In this document: one piece after another, positions 45,363 to 52,685 of the stretch
How the letters are laid out: the number at the start of each line of letters is the position of its first letter
Numbering within the stretch: position 1 is the first letter of the stretch
From: a virus
Taxonomy: Duplodnaviria; Caudoviricetes
Direction: 5' to 3' (one strand)
DNA length: 52,685 nt
Virus record (IMG/VR): IMGVR_UViG_3300025687_000060
Coordinates: 1-52,685 of that record
Notes under the pieces: generated by a model
What the model was told of the DNA's origin: nothing
The model's input: only the letters and a program-made list of their open reading frames with translations
The model's database searches: none
Translations under genes and position numbers: made by a program

Positions 45363-46831
45363 TGGCAGATCTCGTTATCCGTAAAAAGAATGAGGTATAT
45401 GTAACAATCAAAGCAGAACCACATATCAACCAAGAACTATCTGACCATTTTACGTTTGATGTTCCTGGTGCAAAGTTCATGCCTCAATACCGTAGTAAGT
45501 ATTGGGATGGAAAGATCAGACTGTATAGTTCTCATACTGGTGAGATCTATGTTGGTCTTCTTGATAAAGTAATGGCATGGGCAAAAAACTCTGGATATAC
45601 AGTAGAGTTTGAGTATAATAAGTTCTATGGTGCTCCATTTGAAGTCAATGAAATGATTTCAAGAGAGGGTGTCAAGGATTATATGACACGGATTGCCAAA
45701 TTTAAACCAAGAGATTATCAAGTTGATGCAGTATATGATGCACTTAGATATAATCGTAAACTGTTAATTTCACCAACTGCTTCTGGTAAATCCTTGATGA
45801 TTTATTCTGTGGTGAGATACTTTTCAGAAAAAAATAAAAAAATTCTTCTTGTTGTTCCAACTACATCTCTCGTAGAGCAGATGTTCAAGGACTTCCAGGA
45901 CTATGGATGGAATGCAGAAGATTATTGCCATAAGATCTATTCGGGTAAAGAAAAGACAAATCAAGCACCTGTCACAATTACAACTTGGCAGTCTATTTAC
46001 AAATTACAAAGATCATTCTTCAAGGACTTTGAAGTTATCATCGGAGACGAAGCACACCTATTTAAGTCTAAGTCTCTAGTGAGCATCATGACCAAGATGG
46101 ACAGTGCCAAATATAGATTTGGTTTCACTGGAACATTAGATGGCACACAGACGCATAAATGGGTGTTAGAAGGATTATTTGGACCATCATACAAAGTCAC
46201 ACAAACAAAAGATCTTATTGATAAGGGACATCTTTCACAGTTACAAATTCACGTTTTGCTGATGAAGCATGATTCACAACAGTTTGAAACTTATGAAGAT
46301 GAGATTCAATATATTATTGGGCACGAAAAAAGAAATAACTTTATCAAAAACTTGGTCTTGGATTTAAAAGGCAATAGTCTTGTATTGTTTAGTAGAGTAG
46401 AATCTCATGGACAACCACTCTACGAATTAATAAATAATTCTGTGAAAGATAATCGTAAAATATTTTATGTACACGGTGGAGTTGACGCAGAACAAAGAGA
46501 ACTAGTTAGAGAGATCACAGAAAAAGAAAACAATGCTGTAATTGTTGCATCTTATGGAACATTTTCAACTGGTATCAACATTAAGAATCTACACAATGTA
46601 ATCTTTGCATCACCATCCAAATCAAGAGTTAGAAACTTACAATCAATCGGAAGAGTTCTAAGAAAAGGAGACAACAAGACTCAAGCAGTTCTTTATGATA
46701 TTGCTGACGATATAACTTTTAAATCAAGAAAAAATTATACATTAAATCATTTGGTTGAAAGAATCAAGATTTATAATCAAGAGAAATTCAATTATGAAAT
46801 CGTACAAGTAAGTTTAAAGAAAAATGTATAA
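45362..46831 (+). CDS. uvsW: SF2 DNA helicase UvsW
   Basis: SPTASGKS, DEAH, GFTGT, QSIGRVLR. Confidence 0.96.
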   Translation: MADLVIRKKNEVYVTIKAEPHINQELSDHFTFDVPGAKFMPQYRSKYWDGKIRLYSSHTGEIYVGLLDKVMAWAKNSGYTVEFEYNKFYGAPFEVNEMISREGVKDYMTRIAKFKPRDYQVDAVYDALRYNRKLLISPTASGKSLMIYSVVRYFSEKNKKILLVVPTTSLVEQMFKDFQDYGWNAEDYCHKIYSGKEKTNQAPVTITTWQSIYKLQRSFFKDFEVIIGDEAHLFKSKSLVSIMTKMDSAKYRFGFTGTLDGTQTHKWVLEGLFGPSYKVTQTKDLIDKGHLSQLQIHVLLMKHDSQQFETYEDEIQYIIGHEKRNNFIKNLVLDLKGNSLVLFSRVESHGQPLYELINNSVKDNRKIFYVHGGVDAEQRELVREITEKENNAVIVASYGTFSTGINIKNLHNVIFASPSKSRVRNLQSIGRVLRKGDNKTQAVLYDIADDITFKSRKNYTLNHLVERIKIYNQEKFNYEIVQVSLKKNV

Positions 46832-47216
46832 AGACGAATTCTATGCAACTATTAAATTAATATCTGGAGAAGAAATATTTGCTAAAGTAACTCCATGTGA
46901 AGAAGAAGAAAAAACCCTATTGCTTTTAGAAGATCCTGTTACATTTGAAATAATCACTATTCGTCAAATGGGAGTGAATGCTATTCAAATAAATCCATGG
47001 ATGTCAATGTCAAGTGATGCAATCTTAGTTATTAATATGGAAAAAATAATAACTATTAGTGAAGTTAATGACGATGAAATTATTTCAGTTTATAATAGAT
47101 ACTTAAGAGATAAAAATAGAGATACAAATCAAACAAGAGTAAATGAAAAAATGGGATTCTTATCATCCATCTCTAATGCTAGAGAGTCTTTAGAAAGACT
47201 TTATAAAAGTAGCTAA
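46824..47216 (+). CDS. conserved-type hypothetical protein (Sm-like pattern)
   Basis: IKL.SGEEIF, PWM motif; lies between uvsW and gp55. Confidence 0.8.
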   Translation: MYKDEFYATIKLISGEEIFAKVTPCEEEEKTLLLLEDPVTFEIITIRQMGVNAIQINPWMSMSSDAILVINMEKIITISEVNDDEIISVYNRYLRDKNRDTNQTRVNEKMGFLSSISNARESLERLYKSS

Positions 47217-47242
47217 AGTAACCCTTTAACCCTGACAGAGTG

Positions 47243-47271
47243 ATTCTACTTAAAATACTTGAACTTGTCAA
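47243..47271 (-). promoter_or_regulatory. antisense sigma70-type promoter
   Basis: Minus strand TTGACA (47271-47266), 17 nt, TAGAAT (47248-47243). Confidence 0.65.
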
Positions 47272-47294
47272 GCCTTTTAGTTTTATGCTATAAT
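47265..47294 (+). promoter_or_regulatory. sigma70-type promoter for gp55
   Basis: TTGTCA, 18 nt, TGC-TATAAT. Confidence 0.8.
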
Positions 47295-47322
47295 ATGAAC
47301 ATACTTAAAAAGAAATCATGAA

Positions 47323-47799
47323 ATGTCCAGAACTAGAAAAAAATCAGAACATTATGTAAACAATAAAGAGTTTTTAGAAGCACTGATTGTTTACAGAAAC
47401 AAAGTTAGAATAGCACACGAGAAAGGAGAACCAACTCCTCGTATCACTAATTATCTTGGAGAATGTTTTCTCAAGATTGCCACTCACCTCTCATACAAAC
47501 CTAATTTTGTGAACTATATGTTTAGGGAGGACATGATCTGCGATGGCATTGAAAACTGTGTCCAATACATTAAGAATTTTGATCCAGAGAAGTCTTCTAA
47601 TCCTTTTGCATACTTCACTCAGATCATTCACTATGCGTTCCTGAGAAGGATTCAAAAGGAAAAACGTCAAATGGATATTCGGACTAAGATCATTGAACGA
47701 TCAGGATTTGATGAAGTGTTTAGTGGAGATGGTGACATTTACAATACTTCCGATTATAATACCATTAAGGAGAACATTCAATCTAAACTTTATTCATGA
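47323..47799 (+). CDS. gp55: late sigma factor gp55
   Basis: HYVNNKEFL, NFVNY..REDMI.DG.ENC, NPFAYFTQI...AFLRRI.KEK. Confidence 0.96.
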   Translation: MSRTRKKSEHYVNNKEFLEALIVYRNKVRIAHEKGEPTPRITNYLGECFLKIATHLSYKPNFVNYMFREDMICDGIENCVQYIKNFDPEKSSNPFAYFTQIIHYAFLRRIQKEKRQMDIRTKIIERSGFDEVFSGDGDIYNTSDYNTIKENIQSKLYS

Positions 47800-48839
47800 A
47801 AATTGCTCTGATAACCGATACTCATTATGGTGCTCGTAAGAGCAGTAAAACATTTCATGATTTCTTTCAAAAGTTCTATGACAATGTTTTTTTCCCAACC
47901 CTAGAGGAAAGAAACATTAAAACGGTTATCCACCTTGGAGATGCCTTTGATAGTCGTAAGACTATTGACTTTTGGGCATTAGATTGGGCAAAGAAGCACG
48001 TCTACAATAAGTTTAGAGATTTAGGAGTTAAGTTATACAACATTGTTGGTAACCATGATGCTTACTACAAAAATACCAATGATGTTAACTCTATCAATTC
48101 CTTGCTTACTGAGTATAAGAATGTAGTTAAAGTTACAGAACCAAAAGAGTATAAGGTTGGGAATACTAATATTCTTTTAGTTCCTTGGATTTGTCAGGAC
48201 AATGAGCAGCAGACTTTTGAAGTTGTAAAGAGTTCTAAGGCAAAAGTTGTCATGGGGCATCTTGAGTTGAATGGATTCCAGTCTCACCGTGGTCATGTTA
48301 TGGATCATGGCATGGATCCATCTTCTTTTGATAAGTTTGATCTTGTATTTTCTGGTCATTATCATACACGATCTAATGATGGAAAGATTTTCTATATTGG
48401 AAATCCCTATCAGATGTTCTGGAACGATGTAGATGATAAACGAGGATTTCATATCTTTGATACAGAAACATATGAAATGGAGTTCATTGAGAACCCATAT
48501 ACAATGTTTGAAAGAATCTACTATGAGGATTCTAATTACAAAACATTCAACTCCTCTTTTCTGAAAGACAAGATCGTTAAGGTTGTTGTCCGTAAAAAAT
48601 CAGATCAACTCCAATTTGAAAAGTTCATTGATAAAATTATAAAAACAGGATGTGTTGATATTAAGATTGTTGAGAACTTTGCGATCAATGATGATGAGGT
48701 CAATTTATCCCAAGATGAGTGCGAAGACACATTAACCATTTTGAATAAATACATTGACGATTCGGACTTTGATCTGGATAAAGATATTGTCAAACAGTTG
48801 ATGAAAGAAGTTTATCAAGAGGCTTGCGAGTTGGAATAA
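47796..48839 (+). CDS. gp47: recombination endonuclease subunit gp47 (Mre11/SbcD-like)
   Basis: DTHYG, HLGD.FD, GNHD, SGHYH metallophosphoesterase motifs. Confidence 0.96.
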   Translation: MKIALITDTHYGARKSSKTFHDFFQKFYDNVFFPTLEERNIKTVIHLGDAFDSRKTIDFWALDWAKKHVYNKFRDLGVKLYNIVGNHDAYYKNTNDVNSINSLLTEYKNVVKVTEPKEYKVGNTNILLVPWICQDNEQQTFEVVKSSKAKVVMGHLELNGFQSHRGHVMDHGMDPSSFDKFDLVFSGHYHTRSNDGKIFYIGNPYQMFWNDVDDKRGFHIFDTETYEMEFIENPYTMFERIYYEDSNYKTFNSSFLKDKIVKVVVRKKSDQLQFEKFIDKIIKTGCVDIKIVENFAINDDEVNLSQDECEDTLTILNKYIDDSDFDLDKDIVKQLMKEVYQEACELE

Positions 48840-49126
48840 TGTTTATACTTACAGTTGCTGGGCAAGAAGAGGAGGGTGCCTATGCAGTTCACGACGAAGA
48901 CGGAGAAAAGGCACTGTACCTTTTTGAAGATGAAGATGATGCAACTAGATATGCAGGACTTTTAGAGGCAGAAGACTATCCAGAAATGTCCGTTGTGGAA
49001 GTTGATCATGAGGTTGCAATAAACACCTGTAACGTGTATAATTACCGATATGTGATTATCACATCTGACGACCTAGTGATCCCACCAAGAGATAATGATT
49101 TTATTCAAACAGATAAGATGGCGTAA
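48839..49126 (+). CDS. small acidic hypothetical protein
   Basis: TAATG overlap; FE.EDDA.RY, D.VIPP motifs. Confidence 0.8.
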   Translation: MFILTVAGQEEEGAYAVHDEDGEKALYLFEDEDDATRYAGLLEAEDYPEMSVVEVDHEVAINTCNVYNYRYVIITSDDLVIPPRDNDFIQTDKMA

Positions 49127-50810
49127 TTTCCTTTCCACTGGGAATCACTTTACTGAGATTGATTTTACTGAAGCACAAACGAATCTGATTGTTGGAACCA
49201 ACGGAGCAGGCAAGAGTACGATTCTGGATGCTCTTACCTTTGTTCTTTTTAACAAACCATTTCGTAAAATCAATAAACCTCAACTAATTAATAGTGTGAA
49301 CGAAAAAGATTGTCTAGTGGAGATTGAGTTTTCCACTGGTGCAATTGATTGGAAAGTTGTTCGTGGGATTAAACCGAACATCTTTGAAATTTATAAGAAC
49401 GGATCACTTCTTGATCGTGAAGCAGCAGCAACCGATCAGCAGAAGTGGTTGGAGGAAAATGTTCTTAAACTGAATTACAAGTCTTTCACTCAGATCGTGA
49501 TCCTTGGCAGTGCATCCTTTGTTCCTTTCATGCAACTGCCCGCTGCCAGTCGTCGTGAAATCATTGAGGATCTCTTGGATATTAGGATCTTCTCTTTTAT
49601 GAGTAATATTCTTCGTGACCGAATTCGTAGCACGAATGAAACTGTTCGTGAACTCACCATCCGTAAGGACTTGGTAGAAGAAAAGATTGATATGCAGAAG
49701 AATTTTATTTCTGATCTGGAAGAAACTGGAAAGAAAAATATTCAAGATAAGAGAGATAAGATCAAGCAAATTGGTACGGATATTGATTCTCATCTCAAGG
49801 AAGTTGATGAGTACAATGGTGAACTGAAGGCAGTTGAAGAGAAGATGCAGGACTTTTCTGGTTCTGATACTAAACTTAAGAAACTTGGAACCCTCCGTGG
49901 CAAACTACAACAAAAAGTTGCAACCATTACCAAAGAACATAAGTTTTTTAGTGAAAATACGGTATGCCCTACCTGTACTCAAAGTATTGAGGAATCATTT
50001 CGCTTAAATAGAATTAATGATGCCGAAACTAAGGCAAAGGAACTCCAACAGGGTTTTGAAGAGTTAGAGGAGGCCATCAGACTTGAAGAGGAAAATGAAA
50101 ACCAATTCAAGGTACTTTCTAGGGAGGCAACTAACTTAACGCATGAGATTTCTAAAGCAAATACTCGGATTTCAGGACTGCACACCAGAACAAGAGATCT
50201 GGAGCAGGAAATTCAAACTATTACCGAACAACTTGAAAACCGAAATTCTGAACGCCATGCATTAGAAAAGTTAATTGAAGAACTGGAGGATCTTCAAAAG
50301 ACACAATCCAAACAAAAAGAAAAAAACGTTTACCACGATTTTGCACATTCTTTAATGAAGGATGGTGGAGTAAAATCCAAAATCATTAAGAGATATCTGC
50401 CTCTTATGAATCAGCAGATCAACAAATATCTTCAATTGATGGACTTCTATATTAACTTCTCTCTGGATGAAGAATTCAAAGAGACGGTGAAGTCCCCAAT
50501 TCATGAAGATTTTAGTTATGAGTCATTCAGCGAAGGGGAGAAGATGAGGATTGACCTTTCTCTCCTCTTCACCTGGAGGGAGATTGCAAAGATGAAAAAT
50601 TCTGCAAGTACTAATCTCTTAATTCTTGATGAGATCTTTGATAGTTCACTTGATGGATTCGGAACAGATTATTTTACAAAGATCATTAAGTATGTTGTAA
50701 CTGATGCGAATGTTTTTGTGATTTCACATAAGACTGATGATCTTATGGATAAGTTTGATAACATCGTTAGATTTGATAAGGTCAAAGGTTTCAGTAAAAA
50801 GGTTTCTTGA
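49095..50810 (+). CDS. gp46: recombination ATPase subunit gp46 (Rad50/SbcC-like)
   Basis: GTNGAGKS, CPTC zinc hook, FSEGEK, LILDE.FDSSLD. Confidence 0.97.
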   Translation: MILFKQIRWRNFLSTGNHFTEIDFTEAQTNLIVGTNGAGKSTILDALTFVLFNKPFRKINKPQLINSVNEKDCLVEIEFSTGAIDWKVVRGIKPNIFEIYKNGSLLDREAAATDQQKWLEENVLKLNYKSFTQIVILGSASFVPFMQLPAASRREIIEDLLDIRIFSFMSNILRDRIRSTNETVRELTIRKDLVEEKIDMQKNFISDLEETGKKNIQDKRDKIKQIGTDIDSHLKEVDEYNGELKAVEEKMQDFSGSDTKLKKLGTLRGKLQQKVATITKEHKFFSENTVCPTCTQSIEESFRLNRINDAETKAKELQQGFEELEEAIRLEEENENQFKVLSREATNLTHEISKANTRISGLHTRTRDLEQEIQTITEQLENRNSERHALEKLIEELEDLQKTQSKQKEKNVYHDFAHSLMKDGGVKSKIIKRYLPLMNQQINKYLQLMDFYINFSLDEEFKETVKSPIHEDFSYESFSEGEKMRIDLSLLFTWREIAKMKNSASTNLLILDEIFDSSLDGFGTDYFTKIIKYVVTDANVFVISHKTDDLMDKFDNIVRFDKVKGFSKKVS

Positions 50811-50833
50811 AATAAATAAAAGTAAAAAGTTCA

Positions 50834-50995
50834 ATGAAGACTTTTAGTAAATTTATTGAAGAGAGTGGTTCTCCATATCAAGAGTATAAAGGAAAACCAC
50901 AACCAAAACCATCTGCTCCCCCTGAAGGTTGGGAAGAGTTCAAAAAGAAGTACCTTCATGGTAAAATGAGTGAGAAGAAAAAACCAGAGCAATGA
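50834..50995 (+). CDS. small putative internal head protein (53 aa, MKTFSKFIEES...)
   Basis: Manually translated; late promoter ATAAATA at 50812-50818. Confidence 0.7.
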   Translation: MKTFSKFIEESGSPYQEYKGKPQPKPSAPPEGWEEFKKKYLHGKMSEKKKPEQ

Positions 50996-51129
50996 ACACT
51001 CCAAACTGGCAACACCACTCCAAGAAGGAGCAGAAGCGGAAACTGAAACCGCAAGCACTCCGACAAGCAAAGGCACGTCGCCAAGCACTCAAGAAGCGTC
51101 TCAATCAACGAGACGCTTCTTTTTTATAA
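50992..51129 (+). CDS. small basic protein (45 aa, MNTPNWQHHSKKEQKRKLKPQALRQAKAR...)
   Basis: Manually translated; ATGA overlap with the previous ORF. Confidence 0.75.
   Translation: MNTPNWQHHSKKEQKRKLKPQALRQAKARRQALKKRLNQRDASFL
51091..51125 (+). terminator. Rho-independent terminator within the 3' end of the small basic ORF
   Basis: AAGAAGCGTCTC-AATCAAC-GAGACGCTTCTT followed by a T-run. Confidence 0.85.
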
Positions 51130-51149
51130 ATACCTAGAAAGTCAAGAAA

Positions 51150-51476
51150 ATGGATTTAAAGAAATTTAGGGGATTTATTGAAGCATATGCTTCAATCTAT
51201 GTACCAATTAGCGAATCCCACTTTAAGGTTGGTGATGAAGTCACCTGCAAAGAAAGTGGAATGGAAGGTGAAGTTGTAAAGGTTGATCCAGAAGGAAAGG
51301 GGAAGTATTATACTGTCAAGCGTGAAGATGGTAAGACAGTAAAGTATGCTCCTGATGAATTGGAAAAGGAAAGCGAAGAAGAGGAAGGAGCAAGTAAAGA
51401 GAAGGAGACTGAGTTTCATTCAAAGTTAGATACGATGGTGCATAAGACCTTCGGCAAGAGAGAAGGGGAGAAGTAA
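51150..51476 (+). CDS. hypothetical late protein with KOW/SH3-like segment
   Basis: FKVGDEV....G..G.V..V...Y.V; TATAAATA at 51125-51132. Confidence 0.75.
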   Translation: MDLKKFRGFIEAYASIYVPISESHFKVGDEVTCKESGMEGEVVKVDPEGKGKYYTVKREDGKTVKYAPDELEKESEEEEGASKEKETEFHSKLDTMVHKTFGKREGEK

Positions 51477-51533
51477 ACCACTTTTCAAACTGGCACACTG
51501 GGGGGGTCTTCGGACCTCCTTTTTTTGTATAAT
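51476..51533 (+). promoter_or_regulatory. terminator hairpin fused to an early promoter
   Basis: GGGGGTC-TTCG-GACCTCC plus T7, immediately followed by TATAAT (51528-51533). Confidence 0.75.
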
Positions 51534-51554
51534 AGGTCCATACGCAACAGAGCA

Positions 51555-52685
51555 ATGACCGTTCGCCACGAAATCAAGTCCCAACTTGCCAAACTCCTTG
51601 CTACTGAGGACCTGGTGGTTGAGCACAAGAAAGTGGAAACTGCTTGTTTCAATGTCCACACTCGTGTGCTGACCCTGCCAATGTGGGAGAAGGCAAGTAA
51701 CACCATGTATGATCTTCTGGTTGGACATGAAGTGGGACATGCTCTCTACACTCCAGATGAGGATTGGTTGGAGACTCATAAGATTCCACCTCAGTTTGTG
51801 AATGTGGTTGAAGATGCTCGTATTGAGAAACTGATGAAGCGTCGTTATGCTGGACTTGCTAAGACGTTCTATAGTGGTTACAAGGAGTTGTCTGAGGAAG
51901 ACTTCTTTCAACTTGAAAATGAAGATATTGATGCCTTCAATCTTGCTGACCGTGCTAACTTGTGGTTTAAGATTGGTAATTTTGTAGATATTCCTATTGA
52001 ACCTGGTGAAGAAACGGAAATTATTAACCTGATTGCTGAGTCTGAAACCTTTGCTGATGTTCTGATTGCTGCAGAGCAACTCTATAAGTTCTGTAAAGCA
52101 AAGCAGCAAGAAGAAACTAAGACCCCGATGGATGATTTGGAGTCTCAGACTTCTGGTTCTAATCAAGGTGCTTCTGATTTCTCTGATCAACCTGAGGGTG
52201 ATACTGAGAATGCCAACGACAATGCCAACGAAGAAGATAATGCCAACGAAGGTGCTCCTGTTGGCAATCAATCCAAACCTCAAGGTGGTGGCGACACTGC
52301 TGGAGATCTTGGTGGCGAAACCAATGAGGAACCTGAAGTCAAAACTATGGAGTCACTTGAGGAAGCACTCAAGAATTTGGTTGATCATAATGGACAGGAG
52401 AATGTCTACCTGGAACTTCCCAAACTTGATTTGAATAAAATTATTGTTCCTAATGCTGAAATTTACGACAAGTGTAAGGAATATTGGGGTTCTTGGATGG
52501 AAGAACATGAATATACCACCGAAGAAATCTTTGGTGAAGTTGATAAGAAGTTCTTAGAATTCAAGCGTTCGGCGCAGAAAGAAGTAAACTATCTGGTCAA
52601 AGAGTTTGAGTGCCGTAAGGCAGCAGACTCATATGCCCGTGCTACTACTGCTCGGACTGGTGTGTTGGACTGCACCAAACTCCAC
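51555..52685 (+). CDS. HEXXH metallopeptidase-like protein (CobT/VWA-associated type), truncated by the window end
   Basis: MTVRHEIKSQLAKLLATEDLVVEH...HEVGHAL...NVVEDARIE; frame open to the end of the window. Confidence 0.88.
   Translation, partial: MTVRHEIKSQLAKLLATEDLVVEHKKVETACFNVHTRVLTLPMWEKASNTMYDLLVGHEVGHALYTPDEDWLETHKIPPQFVNVVEDARIEKLMKRRYAGLAKTFYSGYKELSEEDFFQLENEDIDAFNLADRANLWFKIGNFVDIPIEPGEETEIINLIAESETFADVLIAAEQLYKFCKAKQQEETKTPMDDLESQTSGSNQGASDFSDQPEGDTENANDNANEEDNANEGAPVGNQSKPQGGGDTAGDLGGETNEEPEVKTMESLEEALKNLVDHNGQENVYLELPKLDLNKIIVPNAEIYDKCKEYWGSWMEEHEYTTEEIFGEVDKKFLEFKRSAQKEVNYLVKEFECRKAADSYARATTARTGVLDCTKLH

Noticed and set aside
4551-51088. Numerous short antisense or out-of-frame ORFs within core genes
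   Set aside because: Fully overlap well-supported T4-core genes; expected from codon bias; no RBS or motifs
51426-52434. 285-aa minus-strand ORF and other alternative-frame ORFs
   Set aside because: Shadows of the + strand HEXXH peptidase gene, which the track missed because it has no stop inside the window
1-52685. tRNA/rRNA genes, integrase, transposase or reverse transcriptase
   Set aside because: No cloverleaf or diagnostic motifs recognised by eye; tRNAscan-SE and Infernal would be needed to exclude them formally

Overview
This window is a segment of a T4-like cyanomyovirus genome (Kyanoviridae-type, probably infecting picocyanobacteria), and almost all real genes are on the + strand. 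Bases 1-2140 are an array of small early ORFs, most with their own sigma70-type promoter, several of which sit inside a stem-loop. Bases 2140-4170 are largely non-coding and highly structured: phased A-tracts, three 22-bp iteron-like repeats, imperfect inverted repeats, a mirror-symmetric divergent promoter pair carrying two GTA-N8-TAC (NtcA-type) boxes, a candidate ncRNA, one isolated glycosylase-fold-like gene and a G-quadruplex-like tract. From 4.5 to 45 kb lie a glycosyltransferase-like gene and the virion module (gp25, gp6, gp7-like, gp8, VrlC-like, gp13-gp23, gp3), with an NblA-like ORF just before the large terminase. From 45 kb to the end are uvsY, uvsW, gp55, gp47, gp46, small putative internal proteins and a truncated HEXXH peptidase. 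All assignments come from motif recognition and gene order; no database searches were run.
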